Assembly (NCBI RefSeq): GCF_964194155.1
Contig: NC_135888.1
Location: 104,470,001 to 104,534,000, forward strand
Direction of reading: 5' to 3'
Source of the DNA: Cetorhinus maximus
Lineage: Eukaryota
Length of the DNA: 64,000 nt
A program made the position numbers and the translations under genes. The notes under the pieces were generated by a model, which did not search any database, was not told the DNA's origin, and worked only from the letters and a program-made list of their open reading frames with translations. Within the stretch, counting starts at the first letter, position 1; each line of letters starts with the position of its first letter. Of this stretch, positions 24,707-35,873 are shown piece after piece.

Positions 24707-25404
24707 ATTGTGTATGGGGGACCGGGGATTATCTTTCATTACTTTGGCTTTGTTTGCATTTAAAATAAACCTGAGTTCCATATACTGCATTTGTCTGATC
24801 ACTGAATGAGTTTCACGTGACTTAATGACTCCATGGCCAAGATCAGGCCGTTCTGGAGATCTCTTCAGGCACCTAGGCCCATTCCTAGAACTTCTTTTGA
24901 TCAGTTTAATGCTGAGATGTTTCCACTAAGCATGTTTGTAAAAGCTTAACTTAGCCCGGCACTGATATGCTGTTAACTTTTGCATCTCTTAAACATTTTC
25001 CTGTACTGTACTTAGGAAAGGTCATGGACCTGAAGTCATTTCTCTCTGCACAGGTGTTTCCCGAGCTGCTCAGTATTTGCAGCATGTTCTGTTATCTGAA
25101 AATATTCAGAATTGCAGCAACTATTTTGCACTTGTGTTTTTTTTTGGTGTTGTCTCTGGTGTTATTAAGGTTGGGGGGAAGTTAGTTCAAAAGGGAACAT
25201 TACTTTGCACTGATCTGTTCGTACCTTGTTCATTCAGTAAATGATGAAGCCTATTATCTGAGGTTTTATCAGAGGCTCTTTCTTGGCGACAGTTCCTCAG
25301 CCCTATCTCCTGACTGTAGGATTCATGCACCAAATTGAAATGTACCCTTCCAGAGGCTGCTCCACACCCCAAAACAGTAACCTGGGGAAGCAGGTCAGAA
25401 TCCA

Positions 25405-25650
25405 CCCCCTACCTTCCTCATCCTCGACCATTTCTCCCCCCACTCCTATCCTTCCTTTCCTTTCCATTCCCTTCCATCCCTCCAAACCCTTCATGCTTCT
25501 TCACCTCCCTCCAAATCCTTCGCCTACCCCATTCCTCCCCCTGTCTCGTTCCTCTCCCACCCTACATTCTTTCTCTCCCCCCTCCCATGCCCCATTCCCT
25601 CCCTCATTGCCCCTCCTCTCCTTAATTCCATCCCTCATCCATCCCTACTA
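25405..25650. repeat. Polypyrimidine (CT-rich) low-complexity tract
   Basis: ~245 bp dominated by C and T on the + strand. Confidence 0.9.
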
Positions 25651-25714
25651 GCTCCTGCACCTCAAAATTTGGCACTATACCGCTGATCGTAAGATTACCA
25701 ACAGTAAAGAGAAC

Positions 25715-25925
25715 AACAATGTATACTGCATGAGAAGAGAGTGCTGATTTATTGGGAAGTGGACTCTGATTGGTAGAGGCATTGCCATGGAGAATGCAGC
25801 AGTATAAATTGTTGTTTCCTTTAAAATTGGTATTCTTGCGATCTATCCTGATGAGTGTAAGAGAAAAAACTTTGACAACATGTCTCTTTTTTCAGCAATA
25901 CTCAAGTTCTGTACTACCAAATGAC
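25715..25925 (+). mobile_element. Terminal repeat of a second PLE-like family with a decayed minimal hammerhead (~25843-25878)
   Basis: CTGATGA-GT-GTAAG-A-GAAA-AAACTTT-GACAA: exact CUGAUGA core and GAAA, degenerate stems. Family assignment from recollection only. Confidence 0.5.
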
Positions 25926-26030
25926 AAATGCCGCTCACTTAAATTGGATGATTGGGAGAACAATTGGCCATGCTTAGTCTTAAACTTACACGATTACCAC
26001 ACCATATCCAATGACAATCCCACACTGATA

Positions 26031-26724
26031 GGACAGAATCTTGCTCTTGTTGGGCGGGCTCTGCAGGGGCGGGCGGGGGAGGTCAGGAAGCTGACCGCGG
26101 CCCACGATCGGGGCTCGGCAGTTAATTAAGGCCAGCATGAAATGCAAGCTTCAGTGCTCAGCACTGCCTTTGTGGGCTGGCGGGGTGGGGGGGGGGGGGG
26201 GGGTGGGGGGGGGAGTGCAAGCAGGGCAAGTGCGAACTTCACACATGCACGCAAATGCATACTTGCAAATCTCCCTGAGGCACAGAGCTGCCTCAGGGAG
26301 ATGAACAGATTTCAAAAAATAAACAAAGATTTTATAAATGTTATAAAACATGTCCCCTCATGTGACCCATGAGCGGGGAAATGTTATTAAGTATATTTTT
26401 AAAATTTTATTTTATTTTTATTTGCTTTTGGAAACCTCATCCCTGCCGTGGATGAGGTTTCAACAAAAAGTGCAAAGGCCGCTTGGCTTTTTCGTCTGTA
26501 AGGTTGGGCAGGCAGCGAAAAATTTATTTTAATTAACTTCTTAATGTCCTTAACAGACTTTTTAATTGACAGCGGGTGTGCTGCCGACTCCGGCGTGCAT
26601 CCGCTGACCAAATTATCGCGCGGGTGCACGATGACATCGGGATGCACGCCTGATGTCATCACGCGTCATTTTACGCTCAGTCGGGTCACGTGTGTGCTCG
26701 CCTGATGAGCTAAAAATTTTGCCC
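26031..26724. mobile_element. ~700-bp Harbinger MITE
   Basis: TIRs GGACAGAATCTT / AAAATTTTGCCC, TSD ATA/ATA, expanded poly-G at ~26182-26213. Confidence 0.88.
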
Positions 26725-27354
26725 ATAAAATCACTCTGTTTATGTTATAATCATAACGGTGTTGTATTCTCAAAGAACTTCATTGCCCTTTGAGTATCAT
26801 GTGCATATTCAGAACTGAAGTATTTACAATGCTTCTCAATAATGGTTGTAGTTGCTGCAGACAGTGCAAAAGTTGTCTATATGCAAACGCTAAATTTGAA
26901 ACATAAGTGTGCAGCTAAAATTATATGGATAGGTAGGTAAGATGGAAACCCAGACATTTTTGGGACCCCACTCTGTTGCCATATGTGTGTGGTGAACCAG
27001 AATTCCCTGCAGTCACTAACATAACAAGAATGGACTATTGGAGCCAACACGAGCGCATTAGCCGTGGCTGCCCAATTTAAGCTAATCTGTCATTGTAAAG
27101 CTGACTTGGGTCCTCTAAAGGCCCAACTAGTCTGAATTTTTCAAAAAATTCTCTATGGAATGAAGTTGATCTTGGGCAATAACACAAATTGGGTGATAAT
27201 TGTTACAAATTTGAGACTTTACAAGATGGTTATGATTTAAAATGTCTCTTTTAATTTAAGCTAAAACAGAATGTTCTGAATATGGGGGATAGTGGTCATA
27301 CTATAACTTGGCGAAGCAACAGGCCCATGTAATCTGGTTGTCATGGGGAAATAA

Positions 27355-27540
27355 ACCCCCTGGAGATTGAAGCGCTCTTTCTCATGCATGCATGAACTGC
27401 ACACTAGGCCCGGCTCTCCCTCCTTCCCCTGCCCGCAGAGACAGTGCTGAGTGCTGCTGTTCGCAATCCACACAGGGCTGGCCTTAATTGGCCTGCCCGC
27501 ATGAAATTGTGGTGCGGAGTCGATCGCAGGCGATCGAAAC
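27355..27540. mobile_element. Fragment of the ~700-bp Harbinger MITE
   Basis: GGAGATTGAAGCGCTC..CTTAATTGGCCTGCCCGCATGAAATTG..GATCGC, homologous to 24465-24640. Confidence 0.75.
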
Positions 27541-27592
27541 CTACTGAAAAACAAGTGACAGTTTTCACACCTTGACACAAAAAGTAACACTT

Positions 27593-28368
27593 TGTTATGA
27601 CCGATGCAGTTGGTAAAGCGGGATTATTTAAAAATCCCAGAGGGAAACTTTAAACAACTGTCATAACCTATAATTTTAAGTGTTATGTTTGACATGCAAC
27701 TCTAAATTCAGGAATCAGACCACCAGTTCTCAAGGCTTTGCATTAAACTAAATGAAACATTTTATTAGTTTTACACAGGTTAAAAAAAAATATATATATA
27801 TATGGCTTCAAATTATTACTATCATAAGTTTTAACAAATTCCCAAACTAATCTCTATTAAGGCAACAGCAACCCATAGACTTAACCAAACACCAGGCAAA
27901 GCATTTTTACCTTATGAATCCAAAATGAAGTTCTTTCACTTTGGTTCCTTGTGGAGCCAGTTGGAGGCTTACAGCTGCCTTTTGATCTCACATTGCCTCT
28001 GCTCTGCACACCCAAAAACTGCTGAAGTTATACCTACCACCACTGATTGAATTCAAATCATCATTGTCTTACCAGCCTCTTTGAACTTCACCTTTTAACA
28101 ATGAAACCCCTTTCATAGTACCAATTTTATTAGTAATATAAACATATTGCTTGGTATCTGCTAGAAAGGTGTCAAGTTTTTATCCCACTTCTTGACTGCA
28201 CTATTCAAAAAATGCAAATACACGCTATCTCGCTTACATATCAACATTGGTACACATTAAAGCACCCAGACTAACTAGCTTCAATCCAGTTAAGACACAC
28301 CAGCAGGCTAAACCTCGATTTTAAAAGAAAAATATTTTCCAAAATATTACATTAATAGCTTCATGACA
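27593..28368. mobile_element. Solo-LTR-like element (776 bp)
   Basis: Termini TGTTATGA...TCATGACA (TG..CA inverted ends). Second copy at 6285-6901. No TSD seen. Confidence 0.7.
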
Positions 28369-28429
28369 CAACTACATTTTGGACGCACAGATGCAGACAC
28401 TAAAAGAGAGAGAGAGAGAGAGAGATAAT

Positions 28430-28985
28430 GCAACTACTGCTGTCAAGAGTAGGAAAAGATGGATTTTGTGTTAGCTACCTCACAGGATGCTGGGGAGAGC
28501 TGGTTCTCTGTTTTAAAAGAAGAAGACAGAACAGAGGACTTTTGGAGATTTAATGGACAAGGTGTTACTGAGGCAGTGCTTGCTGCTAGAACTTGGTCCC
28601 AGGATACTCAGGCTGTTGGAATAATTTTTGATGAACACTGCAAGATTTAACCTGGCAAGGCAGGGAGAATTAAACATGCTGGAACACTGGGAGTAACTTG
28701 CAGCTTAGTCTTGTAAGGCTATATATCTGCCAGAAGTGTGGTGCACAGAGAATAGAGTTCTAAGTTATATCTTAATTTCATTAATTACTTAATGTGAAAG
28801 TACCTCTTTATTTAGTTTGGTGTATCAGTTGCCTGTTAAATAATGTATGATTAATGTTATTTTAGTTTGTATGTTACAGTAAAAGTCTTAAAATGTGAAC
28901 TCTTGTCCCTTGGTTTATTTCTGTCGGTTGCTGGGAAATTTGCTATATTTCTTCATAGTTATCAGTCTTTACGGGGATTATAACA
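28430..28985 (+). mobile_element. LTR-like segment preceded by (GA)n
   Basis: Ends GGGGATTATAACA; 3' part homologous to 7909-8050. Confidence 0.5.
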
Positions 28986-30077
28986 TAACAAATTGGCAGC
29001 CCATTTTCTCTTGACATCAGCAGCAGTGAAAATCAAGCAATAGGGTGGCCATTTTTCTGGTTTTATACTGGTCAGTCAGGTTTTCAACTAATCTGATCCC
29101 TGCCTGCTACTGGACATATTTATATCCAGTATTTCTTTTATGTGGAAACATTTTATTTTCTATTCACTTCTTCTGCATCCATCCCACAACAAAACATGCC
29201 ATTATCCAGGACAAGGTGGTCAGGCATGTTCGTGGCCTGCTATTGTCTGCCAGTGTTAGAATAATCAGGCATTGGTGTCCCAACCCTCACTACAGAGGAG
29301 CCTAGCCTCCCAGCGTAGTGGAGGTGAGCTTGGGAGTTCACAACATCATGATGGGTGTGTGGTTACAGACACAGATTCACCTGCTACCTTCCAGCAGCGA
29401 GGCAGATTGATATTTATTGTTAGATACATCATGTCAATCTATGTGTAGAGGTGTTGGTGGCTGGGCCCAGGTGATCAGCAGGACGACACATGTATGTGTA
29501 AAATTACAGCTACATTTCTCAAATTATTGTCCAATGGACAAATGATGTTCTTGTCGTACTGATGGGAAAACCTGTCAGCAAGGGTATAGTGTATCTGCCT
29601 TAGAGACTGATGTTACAATTGTACAATGTGCCTGTTCTGACAGGGAGTCCTGATGCTATGGTGTCCAGTATTCTTGATCTCTGTCAGTGGACACCCTGTC
29701 AGGCAGGGTAGTGATGTCTTGGCCTTGATGAAACCACCTATGCTGTTCAATAAAATGATTATTTCAACCACAGCGAGTTGATGAATAAACCTTAATGAAT
29801 GAGCTACAGATGCAAAACACAGCATATCTGTAGGGGAAATTTACATCCTCCCAGCTGGCAGAAACTAGGTGGATTCAGAGAAGGTCAATTTTCTGCTCCA
29901 GTGTGGCACAAAATACAGTGGGGTGAAGCGCATTACTGCTCCGAGTGAAGGCCATCAAATTGCAGGGACTGGGTCATTGACGTATTTTGGGCCAAGTGCA
30001 TCATAGGTGTCCGAGGATGTACATTTTGATCTACCTGCCAGATGTGAAAATGAAATTTAGCAATTCCTCTAGTCCAT

Positions 30078-30777
30078 GGGCAGAATGTTAAACTTGGCGA
30101 TCGGGTGTGTGCCCGACCCAGGTGAACATAAAATGACACGCAATGACGTCGGGCGAGCGTCTAGATATCATCGCGCTGTCCCACGATATTCTGTTTGGTG
30201 GGCATGTGCCGGAGTTGACAGCACGCCTGCCAACAATTAAAAGGTTAATTAAGGCCATTAAAAAGATAAATAAATTCAAATTTACGCTACCCGTCCAACT
30301 TTACAGCTGGCGGGCAGACGACAAGGCTAAGTGGCCTTTGCACATTTTAGGAAACCTCATCCACTCGGCAGGATGAGGTTTCCTAAAGCAAATAAAAATC
30401 AAATAAAAATTTTACACTTGAATTAAAAACATGTCCCTGCTCATATGACAGAGTCACATGAGGGGACATGTTTTATGACATTTTTCTGTTCTTTATTAAT
30501 TTTTTAAGTATCTTCTTCATCTCCCTGAGGCAGCTTCGTGCCTCAGAGAGATTATTCAGTGCTCTCCCGCATGCATGTACGAAGTTTGTGCTAGGCCTGC
30601 TCGCACTCACGCCTCTGCCCACACAGACAGTACTTAGCGCTGTCGCTCTCATAGCACGTTGACTTGGCCTTGATTGGCCTGCCAGTGTGAAATCACGGTG
30701 CGCTGTCAATCGCGGACGGTGGTCAACTTCCCGAACGCCCCCGCCGATTCCGCACACCTAAGGGCAAACTTCTGCCC
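30078..30777. mobile_element. ~700-bp Harbinger MITE
   Basis: TIRs GGGCAGAATGTT / AAACTTCTGCCC, TSD CAT/CAT. Confidence 0.9.
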
Positions 30778-30959
30778 CATGAGTCTGCAGCCTGTGGCTC
30801 CGGAGTCCCAGATGGCTCTTTAACATTTCATTTGTGGCTCCCAGGCTTTTCCAGTGGACCGCTTTAACATGAAAATAGCTAAAAAAAAAAGGCAAAAAAA
30901 GTAAGAGCTCTGTTTTTATTGTGAGGAATAAAAAGCCAATCATTACTCTGCACTGAGTG

Positions 30960-31060
30960 CGTTCTGTTGAAGAGTCATACGGACTCGAAACGTTAACTGT
31001 GTTCCTCTCCGCAGATGCTGCCAGACCTGCTGAGTTTTTCCAGGTGTTTTTATTTTTATT
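30960..31060 (+). mobile_element. PLE 3'-tail copy with hammerhead motif
   Basis: GTT-CTGTTGA-A-GAGTC-ATACG-GACTC-GAAA-CGTT-AAC followed by the tail. Confidence 0.85.
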
Positions 31061-31869
31061 ACTCTGCACTTTATGGTTCAAATGATTACTTTAACAAAAA
31101 ACGTCATCATGCACTAAATAAACTTGATCAAATGCTATAGTTATACCATGGTTATGGATATTGTCTTTGGAGGAACAGGTTTATGGTTGCGACCATTATT
31201 GCTTCTAATGAAGCTGAGATCATAAATTATTCTGAATGTTCTACTCGAAGCCAATTTAATCATGGGAATCAATAGTAGAAAAAATTATCTTAATTCTACA
31301 CATCTTAAGCTAAGGGTTGTCTTAAAGATAATTTTGCTGATAAGATTATCATTAAAAAACATGATAGAGTTCAGTCTATCTATTTTAGTTTTGCCTTTCC
31401 TATAGATACTAAAATCCAATACATTTATTTCATTTATTATATATGCAAATTCTGCCTTCCAACTGAGGCACTTGGCAAATTGCCAAATATGTGGTTCAGA
31501 AATGTTGAATTTTGCTGCTCCCAATAGTTATTATTTCAGGCAATTTTTTTTTTAAAAAGGCTCTTCAGGCAAAAAGCGATTGCCGGGCCCTGCCCTAAGG
31601 GGATCTCAAGGTCCAACCATGACTAGCGAGAGTTCCACTGCTGCTTTCAAGGGTGTAAAGGACAAAATTCCTGGGGCGACCTTGGAACTTCCTTCTACAA
31701 GTTTATTTGACATGGAATGGGGGTGGCGGTCTGGTGAGGCTGGGGAATATCTGCCCCCGTGCACCCCATAGAACGGAAAACTTTTTGGTTCCCCCAAGAA
31801 TGATCTTCTCCAGTCCAACCACACCCCAATTGGAATCGCAGGTCCAATTTATTTATTGTCCAAGGATCA

Positions 31870-32035
31870 AACAAACAAAAGCAAAATACTGCGGATGCTG
31901 AAATCTGAATGGAAAACAGAAAATGAATACATAGCAAGTAAGGTAGCCTCTGTGGAGAGATAAACGGATTTAAGTAAGCTTCTGCTCTTTGATCTTACTT
32001 CAGAATCGCCTTTTCTGATGAAAGATCGGCACGAC
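31870..32035 (-). mobile_element. Older PLE tail copy adjacent to the young PLE insertion
   Basis: AAAAGCAAAATACTGCGGATGCTG..TCTGTGGAGAGA, followed by CTGATGAAAG. Confidence 0.65.
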
Positions 32036-32529
32036 GACCACCTGAGGCTTAGTCAACAAAACAAAAACAGAATTACCTGGAAAAACTCAGCAGGTCTGGC
32101 AGCATCGGTGGAGAAGAAATCAGTTAACGTTTCAAGTCTTCATGACCCTTCGGCAGAACTGAGTATAGTTAGGAGAAAGGTGAAATATAAGCTGGTCTAA
32201 GGTTGGGGGGAGGAGGGAGAGAGAAGTTGAGGGTGGGATGATTGTGGAGATAAGCAAGCAGTGATAGGAGCAAATAATCAAAAGATGTCACAGACAAAAG
32301 GATCAAAGAGGTGTTGAAGGTGGTGATATTATCTAACAAAAGTGCTAATTAAGAATGGAAGGCAGGATACTCAAGGTACAGCTCTAGTGGGGGTGGGGTG
32401 GAAAGACTAACAAAGTTTTAGTTTTAGATTTAAAAATAATGGAAATAGGTGGGAAAAGAAGAATCTATATAAATTATTGAAAAAAAAGGGAGGGGGGAGA
32501 AACGGGGTGGGGATGGGGGGAGGGGGAGT

Positions 32530-33630
32530 TTAAGATCTAAAGTTGTTGAATTCAATATTCAGCCCGGAAGGCTGTAAAGTGCCTAGTCGGAAGGTGAGGT
32601 GCTGTACCTCCAGTTTGCGTTGGGCTTCACTGGAACAATGCAGCAAGCCAAGGACAGACATGTGGGCAAGAGAACAGGGTGGAGTGTTAAAATGGCAAGC
32701 GACAGGGAGGTTTGGGTCTTTCTTGCGGACAGACCACAGGTGTTCTGCAAAGCGGTCGCCCAGTTTGCGTTTGGTCTCTCTAATGTAGAGGAGACCACAT
32801 TGGGAGCAATGAATGCAGTAGACTAAGTTAGGGGAAATGCAAGTGAAATGCTGCTTCACTTGAAAGGAGTGTTTGGGCCCTTGGACGGTGAGGAGAGAGG
32901 AAGTGAAGGGGCAGGTGTTGCATCTTCTGCGTGGGCATGGGGAGGTGCCATAGGTGGGGGTTGAGGAGTAGGGGGTGACGGAGGAGTGGACCAGGGTGTC
33001 CCGGAGGGAACGATCCCTACGGAATGCCTCCAGGGGGGGTGAAGGGAAGATGTGTTTGGTGGTGGCATCATGCTGGAGTTGGCGGAAATGGCGGAGGATG
33101 ATCCTTTGAATGCGGAGGCTGGTGGGGTGATAAGAGAGGACAAGGGGGACCCTATCTTGTTTCTGGGAAGGAGGAGAAGGCGTGAGGGCGGATGCGCGGG
33201 ATATGGGCCGGACACGGTTGAGGGCCCTGTCAACGACCGTGGGTGGAAAACCTCGGTTAAGGAAGAAGGAGGACATGTCAGAGGAGCTGTTTTTGAAGGT
33301 AGCGTCATCAGAACAGATGCGACGGAGGCGAAGGAACTGAGAGAATGGGATGGAGTCCTTACAGGAAGCGGGGTGTGAGGAGCTGTAGTCGAGATAGCTG
33401 TGGGAGTCGGTAGGCTTGTAATGGATATTGGTGGACAGTCTATCATCAGAAATTGAGACAGAGAGGTCAAGGAAGGGAAGAGTAGTGTCAGAGATGGACC
33501 ATGTGAAAATGATGGAGGGTGGAGATTGGAAGCAAAATTAATACATTTTTCCAGGTCCCGACGAGAGCATGAAGCAGCACCGAAGTAATCATCGATGTAC
33601 CGGAGAAAGAGTTGTGGGAGGGGGCCGGAG
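32530..33630 (-). pseudogene. PLE RT C-terminus, thumb/linker and GIY-YIG endonuclease (truncated, frameshifted)
   Basis: LFLRYIDDYF (RT YxDD), CPRRRCNTC, NLVYCIHCSQCGLLYIRETKRKLGDRFAEH, VACHF, GLNIEF. Confidence 0.92.
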
Positions 33631-33658
33631 AGGGACTTCCTCTCACTTCCTCTCACTT

Positions 33659-34037
33659 CTTCACTTCCTCTCTCCTCACCGTCCAAGGGCCCAAACACTC
33701 CTTTCAAGTGAAGCAGCATTTCACTTGCATTTCCCCTAACTTAGTCTACTGCATTCGTTGCTCCCAATGCGGTCTCCTCTACATTGGAGAGACCAAACGC
33801 AAACTGGGCGACCGCTTTGCAGAACACCTGCGGTCTGTCCGCAAGAAAGACCCAAACGTCCCTGTCGCTTGCCATTTTAACACTCCACCCTGTTCTCTTG
33901 CCCACATGTCTGTCCTTGGCTTGCTGCATTGTTCCAGTGAAGCCCAACGCAAACTGGAGGTACAGCACCTCACCTTCCGACTAGGCACTTTACAGCCTTC
34001 CGGGCTGAATATTGAATTCAACAACTTTAGATCTTAA
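33659..34037 (+). pseudogene. Inverted duplicate of the PLE GIY-YIG endonuclease domain
   Basis: NLVYCIRCSQCGLLYIGETKRKLGDRFAEHLRSV..GLNIEFNNFRS*. Confidence 0.9.
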
Positions 34038-34404
34038 ACTCCCCCTCCCCCCATCCCCACCCCGTTTCTCCCCCCTCCCTTTTTTTTCAATAATTTATAT
34101 AGATTCTTCTTTTCCCACCTATTTCCATTATTTTTAAATCTAAAACTAAAACTTTGTTAGTCTTTCCACCCCACCCCCACTAGAGCTGTACCTTGAGTAT
34201 CCTGCCTTCCATTCTTAATTAGCACTTTTGTTAGATAATATCACCACCTTCAACACCTCTTTGATCCTTTTGTCTGTGACATCTTTTGATTATTTGCTCC
34301 TATCACTGCTTGCTTATCTCCACAATCATCCCACCCTCAACTTCTCTCTCCCCCCGCCCCCCCACCTTAGACCAGCTTATATTTCACCTTTCTCCTAACT
34401 ATAC

Positions 34405-34447
34405 TCAGTTCTGCCGAAGGGTCATGAAGACTCGAAACGTTAACTGA
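34405..34447 (+). ncRNA. Minimal type I hammerhead ribozyme-like motif (variant core)
   Basis: Stem I TCAGTT/AACTGA; core CTGCCGA+A; stem II GGGTC-ATGAA-GACTC; GAAA; palindromic AACGTT stem III. Mirror copy at 32120-32162 (-). Confidence 0.7.
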
Positions 34448-35746
34448 TTTCTTCTCCACCGATGCTGCCAGACCTGCTGAGTTTTTCCAGGTAATTCTGT
34501 TTTTGTTTTGGATTTCCGGCATCCGCAGTAGCTTTTAGCTTTTTGTTTTTATACCTGAGGCTTAGTGTTGTGGATGGACGCTGGTACATAAGTGCGATGG
34601 AGAGATTGGGCTCACAGGGGAAGAGGGTTTAGGAGGGATGGTAGCAAGGGCAGGGGTGGTTTTAAGCAGGTCACCCTTTCCCCATGCTTGGTCCCTCAAT
34701 CAGACACTAAGTACCTTTCAATGAGGGGACACCTCCCAGCCCTAGGAGGCGGCAAGCAACCACACATGGATTTGCTTGCCATTCTCCCGCAATGGCAAGC
34801 ACCACCCCAGAGCCCCCCACTCAATTGAAGCAGGCTGAAGCTCTTAAGTGGGCATTGATGTCCACTTAAGGGCTTCAGGTGGCACTAGGGTGGGAAGACC
34901 ATCCACAAACCTTCCCGCCATGGACTTAACTGGGGTGGAAGTGGAAAGGGGGCAAGGTCCTCACCCACCACTCTTCCACCTAATTAAATGCCCTCCTGCC
35001 ACCAAAATCACCACAGTAGAGGGCATTAAATTCTGCCCCCCTCTGTGTGAGTTATTTCCAGTCCCAAAAACCACAAGTCATTCGGCACTTATCAAATCCT
35101 TGCAGTAACCACATGTATGTTCCAAAACACCAGCAGCCTGCCACTTGAAACAGTATAATTTCTGAGCCACAAGGAAGAATTTCAAAGAAACTAAATTGGG
35201 TGGGGAAGCTGAGAAACCTTTAATCTATCATTGGTGAACAGATGCTAAAACCAGAGCAACGTGTGCAATTACTTTTGTCCGATACAGAAACCACAACTAC
35301 ATGCAATTCGGGTCTGTTGCTTGGGAGAGGCAGAAGGATAATTGTTGATTAGACAAATTGCACTGTACAAGAATGAATGAAATGGGCAAGAGCCAGACAT
35401 TCAGGAATATCATCTTGTGAATAATACCCCACCATGACAACTGGAGAAATTAGGCAGACAAAAACAGAAGATAAAATAACCCAAGGCAAGTGAAGGAAAA
35501 GTCAACAGCCCAGAAATCTGATTTTGCCACACTAATTTTTCAGATGCATAGCAATGCTTTCAGCATGTTGAGCAGAGTGCACAAGTTCATTATCCGCCAA
35601 AATACAGAGATTGCCACATCTGCATTGACATAAAATAGGCATCATGGGCTTGTATTTGAAACTTTTGCATGTAAAATAGTTGGCATAACTGCTGTTTGAG
35701 GTCCCCCTCTTTGTAAAATTGGCCCAGCTGTGTCCAGGAAAACCAG

Positions 35747-35873
35747 GGGTGGAATTTTATGGCCCCGTTGCGGTGAGAGCGAGGCCGTAAAATGCATCGA
35801 GCCATTCAAAAGCCCATTGACTTCAGTGGGGCTGGAAAATCGCACTAGTGGGAGGGGCCGTAAAATTCCACCT
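35747..35873. mobile_element. ~125-bp Harbinger MITE
   Basis: TIRs GGGTGGAATTTT / AAAATTCCACCT, TSD CAG/CGG, core CCCATTGACTTCAGTGGG. Confidence 0.8.

Larger units (their letters stand above)
32054..34552. mobile_element. Young 5'-truncated Penelope-like retroelement with inverted partial copy
   Basis: 852-bp inverted arms (32057-32908 and 33659-34510), TSD ACCTGAGGCTTAGT (32040-32053 and 34553-34566), RT and GIY-YIG coding. Confidence 0.93.

Noticed and set aside
25283-25651. Pro/Ser-rich ORFs
   Set aside because: Translation artefacts of the CT-rich tract.
29440-29790. Additional Harbinger transposase relic (VKITATFLK resembling LKVTATLNF)
   Set aside because: Similarity is too weak to support by eye; it needs a translated search.
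32530-33276. 248-aa ORF as a standalone homing endonuclease or host gene
   Set aside because: It is the C-terminal part of a 5'-truncated PLE ORF, duplicated in the inverted arm and bounded by a TSD.
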